This document shows, in pieces, positions 20,563 to 29,900 of a DNA stretch of 64,000 nucleotides. Source of the stretch: Bacteroidales bacterium (GTDB taxonomy: Bacteria > Bacteroidota > Bacteroidia > Bacteroidales > Bacteroidaceae); the NCBI GenBank assembly GCA_004558535.1, contig SFCP01000005.1:11429-75428 (forward strand), written 5' to 3'. The notes under the pieces are model-generated. The model saw only the letters and a program-made list of their open reading frames with translations, ran no database searches and had not been told where the DNA came from. The translations under genes and the position numbers were made by a program. The number at the start of each line of letters is the position of its first letter. Within the stretch, counting starts at the first letter, position 1.

Positions 20563-23196
20563 TTAGAATTCCTGGCCGATGATGAAGTGGAACTGCGAGC
20601 CACCTGCTTTCACGCCGTTGATATTCTTTTGGAAACCGTAGGCCCAGTCGACGCCCATCAGGCCGACCATGGGCAAGAGGATACGCACGCCGACGCCGGC
20701 CGAACGCTTCATGTTGAACGGATTGAACTTCTTCACGTCCGTCCAGGCATTTCCGCCCTCCAGGAAGGCCAAGGCGTAGATGCTGGTGGAGTTTTCGAGC
20801 ATCAGCGGGTAGCGCAATTCCAGCGTCATGCGGCTGTAGGCGTAGGCGTTCTCGCCGGTATTTCCGGCCAGTGAGCCGTTGTCGTAACCGCGCAAGCCGA
20901 TGGTTTCGGTGGCGTAGCCGTAGGAATAGCCTGACATGCCGTCGCCGCCCACATAGTAGGTTTCAAATGGAGATTTCTTGTAGCGGTTGTAAGCTCCAAG
21001 GATGCCAATTTCTGCGCGCGTCATCAAAACGGGACACTTCACGCCGCCGCTCAGCGCTGTGAACGAGCGGAACTTCACGCGCCACTTGTGGTATTCGATC
21101 CAGCGGTATTTCTCCTGCGATTCGCGGGCGTAAGTAGAACTTTGGTAGTTTGTAGCCAGATTTTTGTAGTCGCGGCCGTCCCACAGGGAGTAGGGAGGCG
21201 TGAGCGTCACCGAGGCAGAAAATTCCGAACCCTTTCGCGGATAGAACGGGTGGTCCGTAGAGCTTCTGTTCAGGCTGAGTGTGAGGTTGATGTTGTTACA
21301 ATTGCCGTCCGAAATCAGGAAGTACTGCCACGAGCGGAGCATGTAGCGTGTATAACTCAGCTCGGCCATGAACGAGAAGTAGTCATCCGGCCAGCGAAGT
21401 CGTTTTCCGAAGCCCAGAGATACGCTGACCATCTTCACGTATTTGTCCGGGTCGTAATAGTTGGCGTAATTGTAGTAACTACTGTTCGTGCCGTAGCCGT
21501 ACATGTAGTTGTAGATATTATTATAGCTATTGTAGTAGTTCGAATTGATGTCGCTCTGTTTCGAATAGTAGATGGAGAATGAGAATTGGTTGGGTCGCTT
21601 TCCGCCAAACCAGGGGTCAAGGAATGACAGCGAGTAGCTCTGATAGTACGTACCGTTGGTCTGTCCGCTTATCGACAGGGTCTGACCGTCTCCCTGCGGG
21701 ATAAATCCGGCTCGCTTGGAGCCTTTTCCAAACAGGTTCTGGATAGAGAAGTTTGTAAACTTCAGGCCGATGCGTCCCACGATACCGGTTTGTCCCCAAC
21801 CGGCGGAAAGTTCGATTTGGTCGCCGCCCTTTGTCAGTAGCGGGTAGTTGATGTCCACGGTTCCGCTTTCCTCGTCGGGCACAATGGCTTTGCCTAATCC
21901 TGCCTGCAGGGCTTCTGGGTCAAACTGGTTCATGTTGGCCAGTTCTCGCACGCTACGTTCGATGGCGTCCATGCTAAACAGGTCTCCCGGCTTGGTGCGC
22001 AATTCTCGTCGTATGACGTTTTCATATACGCGGTCGTTGCCTGAAATTCGGATGTGGTTGAATGTTGCCTGTTGGCGTTCTTCGATGCGCATTTCAAGGT
22101 CGATTGAGTCGCCCTCTACGTTGATTTCCACCGGATCGAGCTGGTAGAACACATAGCCTCGGTTGTAGTAGAGTTTACCGATGGCATCCTCGTCTGTATT
22201 GAGTCGTTTGTCGAGCAGGGTTTGGTCGTAGACGTCGCCGCGCTTCATTTTGAGCTGATTTTGCAGGAAGTCGGTGTTGTAAATCGTATTTCCCACCCAA
22301 TCCACGTTGCGCAAGTAGTATTTTTGTCCTTCGTAGACGTTCAGGTAAATGTCCACGTGGGAATCATCTACGGCTTGGACGCTGTCGCTCAGCAGCAGTG
22401 CGTCGCGATAGCCCCAGCTGTTGAGCTTTTCGACCAGAAATCCTTTGTCCTCTTCATACTTTTCGGGCAGGAACTTCTTGCTTTTGAAGATGTTTCGCCA
22501 GTTTTTTTCGCGTGTCTTCTTCATGGAGCGCTTCAGCTTGCCGACGGATTTTTCTTCCACGCCGGTGATGTAGATGTGGCGCACCTTGATTTTTTCGTTT
22601 TTGCGGATATTGATGTCTACGAGCACGCGGTTGTCGCCTGTGACGTCTTCGCGTTGCAGTATGTCGACTTCAGCGTTTTTGAATCCCTTTGCTTCGAAAT
22701 ATCTTTTGGTGATGATTTTTGCGCGGTCTATCATGTCGGGCGTTATCTGCATACCGTTTTGCAGTCCGAGCGACTTTTCCAGGTCCTCGCGCTCGCTTTT
22801 TTTCACGCCGCTGTAGCTTATGCTGGATATGCGGGGCTGTGCCGTCAGGTAGATGTGCAGGTAGATGGTGCTACCCACGATGCTGTCGGCCTCGATGCGT
22901 ACGTTCGAGAAGAGTTTCTGTGCCCAGTAGCGTCGGATGGCTTCGCTCATTTCGTTGCCCGGCACTTCGTAGGTATCTCCTACGTTGAGTCCCGACAGGC
23001 TGAGCAGGTAGTCATCGTCAAATCCCTTGATACCATCGATGGCCAGGCCTCCAAGGATGTAGCGGGGGTGGTCTGCGGTGTAGGTGATGGTAGGTTTTTC
23101 CTGTACGGTGACTTGTGCGGCAGTTTTAGTAGGCGCAGCGATTTGCAGGAATAGGAGTGTCAGGCAACAGAGGAAGAGTTTGTGCTGATATTTCAT
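20563..23196 (-). CDS. bamA: Outer membrane protein assembly factor BamA
   Basis: POTRA repeats (VIRRELRTKPGDLF), LRGYD, FLEGGNAW, C-terminal FHFIIGQEF. Confidence 0.97.
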   Translation of the reverse strand: MKYQHKLFLCCLTLLFLQIAAPTKTAAQVTVQEKPTITYTADHPRYILGGLAIDGIKGFDDDYLLSLSGLNVGDTYEVPGNEMSEAIRRYWAQKLFSNVRIEADSIVGSTIYLHIYLTAQPRISSISYSGVKKSEREDLEKSLGLQNGMQITPDMIDRAKIITKRYFEAKGFKNAEVDILQREDVTGDNRVLVDINIRKNEKIKVRHIYITGVEEKSVGKLKRSMKKTREKNWRNIFKSKKFLPEKYEEDKGFLVEKLNSWGYRDALLLSDSVQAVDDSHVDIYLNVYEGQKYYLRNVDWVGNTIYNTDFLQNQLKMKRGDVYDQTLLDKRLNTDEDAIGKLYYNRGYVFYQLDPVEINVEGDSIDLEMRIEERQQATFNHIRISGNDRVYENVIRRELRTKPGDLFSMDAIERSVRELANMNQFDPEALQAGLGKAIVPDEESGTVDINYPLLTKGGDQIELSAGWGQTGIVGRIGLKFTNFSIQNLFGKGSKRAGFIPQGDGQTLSISGQTNGTYYQSYSLSFLDPWFGGKRPNQFSFSIYYSKQSDINSNYYNSYNNIYNYMYGYGTNSSYYNYANYYDPDKYVKMVSVSLGFGKRLRWPDDYFSFMAELSYTRYMLRSWQYFLISDGNCNNINLTLSLNRSSTDHPFYPRKGSEFSASVTLTPPYSLWDGRDYKNLATNYQSSTYARESQEKYRWIEYHKWRVKFRSFTALSGGVKCPVLMTRAEIGILGAYNRYKKSPFETYYVGGDGMSGYSYGYATETIGLRGYDNGSLAGNTGENAYAYSRMTLELRYPLMLENSTSIYALAFLEGGNAWTDVKKFNPFNMKRSAGVGVRILLPMVGLMGVDWAYGFQKNINGVKAGGSQFHFIIGQEF

Positions 23197-23250
23197 TGTG
23201 CTTAGCTTTTCTGAGGAGTAGTGGCGGGTGTCGCTTGGCTTTTTGGTGGT

Positions 23251-24066
23251 TCAGGCCTGCTCGTTGGTGACCTGTTCGCTGGTTTTTCCGAAGCGGCGTT
23301 CACGGTTTTGGTAGTCGGCCAGTGCTTGGCAGAACGCAGCCGTATCGAAGTCCGGCCAGAAGGTGTCGCAGAAGTAGAGTTCGGAGTAGGCGCATTGCCA
23401 GAGCAGGTAGTTGCTGAGCCGCACTTCGCCGCCTGTACGGATGAGCAGGTCGGGGTTGGGCATGAAGCAGGTGGTCAGCGCCTGGTCGATGGTGTCTTCT
23501 GTGATTTCTTCCGGGCGGATGGTGCCGTTGGCAGCTTGTTGTGCGAGGTGGCGTACGGCCTCGGTGATTTCCCATTTCGAGGAGTAGCTCAGCGCGATGA
23601 CCATTGTCATGCCCGTATTTGTTGCGGTGCGTTGGGCCAGTCCGTCGATAGCGGCTTTTACCTCGGCCGGCAGTCGGTCTGTCTGGCCGATGACGCGCAG
23701 CCGCACGTTGTTTCGCATGAAGAGTTCCTCCTCCATGGCTGTCAGGATAAGGGACATGAGAGCTGCCACCTCGGCGGCGGGTCGGTTCCAGTTTTCGGTG
23801 GAGAAGGTGTAGAGGGTGAGGAATTTCACGCCCAGTCTGGATGCGGTTGTCGTGATTTCGCGCACGGTCTCGACGCCCTGCTGGTGTCCCATGCTGCGGT
23901 CCAGTCCCCGCGCCTTGGCCCATCGTCCGTTTCCGTCCATGATAATGGCCACGTGGGTGGGGATGCGTTGCAGGTCGACGCCTGCCGCTTGGGCGAATTG
24001 GCGCAGGGCCTCGATTTCGTTCGGGGCTTTTGTGCCGTCGTGAGTACTTTCGTGTTGTGCCATCAT
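23251..24066 (-). CDS. uppS: Undecaprenyl diphosphate synthase (isoprenyl transferase)
   Basis: [47 protein letters not shown]. Confidence 0.97.
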   Translation of the reverse strand: MMAQHESTHDGTKAPNEIEALRQFAQAAGVDLQRIPTHVAIIMDGNGRWAKARGLDRSMGHQQGVETVREITTTASRLGVKFLTLYTFSTENWNRPAAEVAALMSLILTAMEEELFMRNNVRLRVIGQTDRLPAEVKAAIDGLAQRTATNTGMTMVIALSYSSKWEITEAVRHLAQQAANGTIRPEEITEDTIDQALTTCFMPNPDLLIRTGGEVRLSNYLLWQCAYSELYFCDTFWPDFDTAAFCQALADYQNRERRFGKTSEQVTNEQA

Positions 24067-24089
24067 GTTTCAGGGAGTGAGTTTGTGCC

Positions 24090-24794
24090 TTAGTCGCGGT
24101 TGCAGGTGGGGCAGCGTGGTGACAGGTCGTAGGTCACGGTGAAGAGGGTAAAGGAATAGTGGTCCTTGTTGCGAAATCCCGAGGACTTGATGCCCAGCGG
24201 AGCCTCCAGTCCTTCGAGTTTGTCGGACGGAGTGAGGTGCATGCGCCATTCCAGTCCCAGGTTCAGCCGCCTTCCGGCTTTGTATTTCAATCCGACGCCC
24301 AGGGGGATATTTGCAGTAAAGGCTTTGCCCACACTACCATAGGTCAGGCCGAAACCCATCTGTAGGTAGGGTGTCAGACGCTTGAATCCCTGGTAGTTTT
24401 GCAGGTATCCGTAGGGCAGGAAGTTGATTTCGTAGAGTACGCTCAGGTCATAGACGGCGCCGCTCATTGCGTAGTCCAGTCGTTCTTCGCCTGTTTGGTT
24501 GGGATTGGCGGGATAGAAATTGTTTACGCCTTTTGTCGAGCCGCTCCATTTCCCCACGTCAAAATTGGCCTTGATGGCCATGCGTGGATTGAGCAGTCGT
24601 CGCATCACGAGTCCGCCGCCCACGGAGGATTGCCCGTACCATTTGCTGTTGACGTCGTTCAGGCCGAAGCAAAGTCCCACGCCGGCGCCCAGTTCCATGC
24701 GGTACTCCGTGTCCTCGTCCTGTGCGGACAGGCCGGTGGCGCAGAGCGTCAGCAGCAGCAGGGAGATCAGTCGTCTGAGGGTCTTCATAGGCAT
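24090..24794 (-). CDS. Outer-membrane beta-barrel protein, DUF6089/PorG-like
   Basis: Signal peptide, EYRMELG, alternating beta-strands, NKDHYS, C-terminal CPTCN; conserved position before uppS-bamA in Bacteroidales. Confidence 0.7.
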   Translation of the reverse strand: MPMKTLRRLISLLLLTLCATGLSAQDEDTEYRMELGAGVGLCFGLNDVNSKWYGQSSVGGGLVMRRLLNPRMAIKANFDVGKWSGSTKGVNNFYPANPNQTGEERLDYAMSGAVYDLSVLYEINFLPYGYLQNYQGFKRLTPYLQMGFGLTYGSVGKAFTANIPLGVGLKYKAGRRLNLGLEWRMHLTPSDKLEGLEAPLGIKSSGFRNKDHYSFTLFTVTYDLSPRCPTCNRD

Positions 24795-24809
24795 GGGGCA
24801 GAGGGTGGC

Positions 24810-26177
24810 TTATTGGTTTTCAGCCCATCCCAGGCGGTTGTGCCGGCCGCGCCACACCCGTCCCGTGGTGCTGTCGATGTACCAGGCGAAGTTGAATTCG
24901 TCGGCAGTGGCCGTTATTTCGTGCTGTGCAGACAGCGGGATGAACGGCAGCCGCAGTTCGCCGTCAATCCACGTGCGTCCGTTGTCACGGCTGCTGTAGA
25001 AAGGCGCGGGGGTGCCGTCTGTGTCCAATCCTGTCAGACAGGCGGCGCCGTCATAGCGCAGCAGGGCCTGCTGGTCCAGTGTCGGGCAGTTGTAGGCGTT
25101 GGTTTCCGCGGCCGGGATGTGTACCCAGGGATAGCTGTCGCCTCCGTCCGTGTCGGCCGTCCGCCGCCACACGACGCAGTGGCCGTCGCGGCGTCCCACG
25201 GCGACGAAGATTTCCTGTCCGTTGTCGGTCTGTGCGGGAATACATACGGACATGATGCTGTCTGTGGGCACTTGGTCCGGTTCGTCGTCCTCCTGCACGG
25301 TCCAGTTTACGCCATCCGTACTATGGAGGAAGTGTCCGTCGGCGATGGCGCCCAGTCCCGTTTCGCCGCCGGCGATTAGTGCAAGGGGTTTCAGCTCGCT
25401 ACCCGTCTCATGCCACGTCAGTCCGTCGGCCGATGTCAGGATATGATGCTCTTCGTCCAGTGCGAAGTAGTGGCCGAAGGCGGTTTGTATCGAGGTAGGC
25501 AGCAGGACGGTCTTCAGGGTCCGGCTCTCCCACAGGCTTACGTCCTCCACGGTCGTGCGGCCGTAGGGGATGCTCACCACTTGGGTGTCGTCTCCGTAGC
25601 GGCCGTATACCTTCAGTTCGCCGTCTGCCGCCAGGGCACGCAGTTCGGTCATGCCCTGCAGCAGCGTGCATCCTGTCGCGATGCTGTTCCATCGCATGCT
25701 GTCTCCCTCTTCGCGGTGGATATTGACACGCATCTCGTAGGTGCGGGTGGACAGGCCGTCGCTGGCGTGAACCGTCAGCAGGCGGGGCAGGGTGAAATCC
25801 GTACTGTCCGCGGCCGAGAATATCGTATCTTCGGCCGTGATGAGCGAGCGGATGCGCACGGCTCCCACGGCGTTGAACGTAGAGAATACGATTTTGCTTC
25901 CATCGGTACCATAGGGCAGCGAGTCGCGGTTGAAGATGAGTCCGTTCAGCTGGTCGATGGTCATGGGGTAGAGTGAGCCCGTCACCGTGACGCGGTAGGT
26001 GCTGTCCTCGCCCGTGCTGCTTTTGGTCAGCAGGTAGCGGTTGAGTGTGCCCACCGTGGTGGCGGTGATGATGCAGTCGCCCGAGGTCACCGTGTCGTAG
26101 TCGGTGTCGCTCGTACAGGCTGTATGGGTCGCGATAATGGGCAGCAGCAACAGCAGGGCCCGGGTGAAAAGTTTCAT
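24810..26177 (-). CDS. DUF6242-like lipoprotein
   Basis: Lipobox HTAC, IDQLNGLIFNRDSLPYGTD, STDFT.P, Asp-box-like S.DG..W repeats, VWRGRHNRLGW. Confidence 0.75.
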   Translation of the reverse strand: MKLFTRALLLLLPIIATHTACTSDTDYDTVTSGDCIITATTVGTLNRYLLTKSSTGEDSTYRVTVTGSLYPMTIDQLNGLIFNRDSLPYGTDGSKIVFSTFNAVGAVRIRSLITAEDTIFSAADSTDFTLPRLLTVHASDGLSTRTYEMRVNIHREEGDSMRWNSIATGCTLLQGMTELRALAADGELKVYGRYGDDTQVVSIPYGRTTVEDVSLWESRTLKTVLLPTSIQTAFGHYFALDEEHHILTSADGLTWHETGSELKPLALIAGGETGLGAIADGHFLHSTDGVNWTVQEDDEPDQVPTDSIMSVCIPAQTDNGQEIFVAVGRRDGHCVVWRRTADTDGGDSYPWVHIPAAETNAYNCPTLDQQALLRYDGAACLTGLDTDGTPAPFYSSRDNGRTWIDGELRLPFIPLSAQHEITATADEFNFAWYIDSTTGRVWRGRHNRLGWAENQ

Positions 26178-26484
26178 ATACCGATATTATATATATATAA
26201 TGGTGCGGCAAGTCCCGCGCCAATGGGGGCTGTGGCCGCCCACGGAGCGAGTTGCACAATTTTCTCAAGTTGCAAAAGTACGATAAAAATCTCAAGTTGC
26301 GGCCTCGCTGCTCATTTTTTCTTATTATTTATGTTTTTTGAACCCTGTGATGGCTGCGGCGTGGGGAGCACCCGGCCGTTGGGGCGGTCGGTCGGCCTGC
26401 GTGCAGTGTATGTCCCCTCTGTCCCCGGCCGGGTGGGGCAGGGGGAGCGGAGAAGCGGCAAATTTTGCCAGCCCTGTCGCCGGT

Positions 26485-26770
26485 TGACTTTAACATATAT
26501 AACCTTTGTTGACACACTGCCGGCTTTGTAGTTTTGCCTGTCGGGCACTTGGAAAAAATTACAAAGCACTTGGAAGAAACTATCCGGCACTTAGAAAAAA
26601 CTACAAAGCACTTGGAAAAAACTATCCGGCACTTAGTTTCGGCCCAAAAAGGGGCAAAAAGAAAGGAGAAAGCCCCTTGTGGCAGGCTTCCTCCTACGTT
26701 GCTACGACAAAGATACAACATTTTTCAGCCAAATCCAAATCGCGATTTGCCGATTTAACATTTCGCGCGC
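26485..26770 (-). repeat. Dispersed module, copy C: promoter, hairpin and 21-bp repeats
   Basis: Minus strand: GCGCGAAATGTTAA (26755-26768); TTTG (26736-26739), 20 bp, TATCTTTG (26708-26715); stem at 26664-26695 then TTCTTTTT; four 21-mers at 26551-26634; GTTATATATGTTAAAG (26488-26503). Confidence 0.88.
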
Positions 26771-26947
26771 CAACACAAGGGGGACGAAAAGGTAGTTACT
26801 ATGTTAATAAACCATAAGCAGCGGGGAAAATGCCCTTCCCGTAGCAAGCGCCTCGCCGATTATGACTAAATTGCAGCCGGTGGCGTGGCGTCGGCCCCGG
26901 CTGCGCTGCGGCTGCCCCGAAAATCGTCAATCTTAAATCCAAATAGC

Positions 26948-29900
26948 ATGAAAAAAATCCTTACTCTAAGTCTGCTGCTCGCCGGACTGCTGCTCTGCAT
27001 GCCGGCGCGGGCCGACGAACCGTTTCGCAAGCACCGGTTCGACCTGTTTCAGGTCCTCCCGCCCGCCGAGGGCAGCATCGTATTCGTGGGAAACAGCATC
27101 ACGGACATGCACCCATGGGTCGAGGCTTTCGAAACCGCCGACGGGCAGCCCCTGCCCATCGTCAACCGCGGCGTGTCGGGCACTTACTCGACCGAGCAGA
27201 GCGATAACCTGGAAAGCTACCTGCTCCACCATCCCAAGAAGTTCTTCATGATGATCGGCACGAACGACATCGCCACGAGCGGAGGCCTGAATTTCCAGCC
27301 CGAACAGGTGTTGAACTACGTGAAAAGCATCGTGAAGCGCGTACACATGCGCTCACCGCAGACGAAAGTCTACCTCTACAGCATCCTGAAGAACCAGACC
27401 GGCAACCGTCCCGCCGAGCGCTGGCTCCGGACCAACGAGCTGGTGAAAGCCTTCGTCGACGAGACGGCCGAGGACTGGCTGCAGTACATCGACCTGTACG
27501 ACGCGCTGAGCAGCGTGGCCGACGGCGGTGTGTGGAGCTACGACAACCTGCACCTCACGGCGGCTTCCTACCGCATCTGGTGCGAAGCCATTTGCCCCTA
27601 TCTGGCCGAGGGTGAGGAATATACCGTACGCACCATTTATCCCGCCGACACCGAGACGAAGCAGAACGCCGGCGGTCTGAGCACCTCGCACGGCATGCGT
27701 GCCACCTACGCCAGCATGTTGCCCGTTCGGGCCGACGACATCCTCTTCTTCGGCGACGAGGAGGTGAAGTGCGGCGAGTGGAACGAACTCTTCGGCACTC
27801 ATGCGGTGAAAAACCGCGGTACCGGCTGGGGCTACGGCGGCAGCGTGTCTGTCACCTCGGGCATCGTGGACGCCACCTTTGCCGAAACGGGCGTCAGCAA
27901 GGCTTGTCCCGCGGCTGTCCTGCTCTACACCGGCACCGCCGAGGTGAACGGCACCACCGACATGGCCACCGTCAAGGCTGACTACCTGACCCTGGTCAAC
28001 AAGCTCAAGGCAAATTGCCCCACGGCCAAGATTTACCTGCTCGGCGTGCATCCCGTGAGCAATGCCACGACGAATACGAACCGCGTGGCCGTGCTCAACG
28101 GCTACCTGGAGGGAATGGCCGACGACCAGGTGCGCTACATTGACACCTACACGCCTTTCCTGAGCAACGGCGTGGCCGATACGCGCTACATCAAGAATAC
28201 CAATTACCTCTACGCCTTGGGCTATGTGAAAATGGCCGGACTCATTGCCGCTAAGGTCAACGAAGACTTCCCCGGCACGCTCATCGCACCGACAGAAACC
28301 GAGGCCGAGGCACTCCTGGAGCAGGCCGGGCTGCGCAACCAGCTGACCCAGGCCATGGCACAGGGCATGGTGGCGCCCGTAGGTACGCAGATGGGTGAAT
28401 ACAGCGCCGAGGCGATGCAGAGCTTCCAGGCTGCGGTCGATGCCGCTTCGGCCCGGCTGGCGTCCGGCGAGGCCCTGACAGCCGCTGAGGTGGAAACCCT
28501 CTGCTCGCAGATGCAGACCGCCCTGCTCGCAGCCCTCAACCGCCCCGTGGCAAGTACCGATAGCGAGGAACAGTGGTACCAGTTCCACTCCGTACGTGCT
28601 TCGGACTACTACGTGACCGCCACTGCCGCAGCCGCAGGCGTGGTGGGCGACAATACTACGGCCGAGTATGCGCAGTCCATGTGGAAGTTCGTAGATCGCG
28701 GCGACGGCTCCTACGACATCGTGAACCGCAAGTACGAGACCTACCTGAACCCCGTGGCCACCTACAACACGCAAATCACCACCACCACCGCCGCGCCGGC
28801 CAAGGGATGGACGCTGAGCTACGCCAACACCCCGGGCTGCTACATCATCAGCAGTGGCGAGGTGCAGCTGAACCAGACACAGGCCGGTTTACAGTACAAG
28901 ATTTACAACTGGAGCGCCGAGAGCACCCTTGGACAGGACCGGAGCGACGCGGGTTGCCAGTTCTATATCAACGAGGCCCCCTCGCCCATCGAGGAACCCC
29001 AGCCCGATGAAACGATAAGCTACACCATCAGCAAGACCACAGGAGATCTGTACAACTCCAACGGCACCGCGAACGCCACCTACAACCGTGATTGGAAAAG
29101 CACAGCCACCCCGCAGCTCACCTTCGTCAGCAATGCCAACAATATGAGCTGGGCGAACGACGACATCCAGCTGATGAGCGGCTCGGCCGGTTCGGCGACC
29201 TACACACTCACTGCCCCGACCGGCTATGTGGTCGACAGCTACTCCTTCAACGTGGTCAACAACAACCACAATACCGGCCTGACCCTCGCCTACGAGGACG
29301 GCACGAGCTGCATCACCTCCACGACCGCCCAAAGCCGCAGTCGCAGCGGCATCGGCGAATCTGCCGTCACCTTCACCCTGACGGGTACGAACGGCAAGGG
29401 CGTCCTGCTCACCAACTTCAACGTCACGGTGAAAACGTCCGCCTCCACGGGTCCGCAGCGCCCCGAAATCAGCACCGAGGGCAACGAGCATTGGTACTAC
29501 ATCACCAGCGCTTCGACCAAAGCCTACTGCGCCGGTAAGGTGATGTACTATGATGCCGCCATCGACCGTATGCGTTTCGGCAGCAAAACCTTTGCGCCCG
29601 ACTATGTATGGAGCTTCTGGGAGCAGAACGGCAAGCTGGCCATCCGAAGCTACAACGGCGACTACATCGGTACCGCCGGTGCGGGCACAGGCTCCTCTAC
29701 GCAGTTCGGACGAAGCGAGACGCCCAACTACTCCTATACTATAAATGACGCCTTCGGCTACTTCACCATCAAGGACAATGCTGTGGAGCTCCATGCCCAG
29801 GAGGCCGGCGCCGTCATCGTGCGCTGGGCCGCCGCCGAGGGAGGCGCATCGCTCTGGAAGTTCGAAGCCGTCGACATGACCAACGCCCAGGCCGCACTGA

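Noticed and set aside
21440..21560. Tyr/Asn-rich, AT-rich stretch inside bamA
   Set aside because: In frame and consistent with a variable surface loop of Bacteroidales BamA; no sign of an insertion element.
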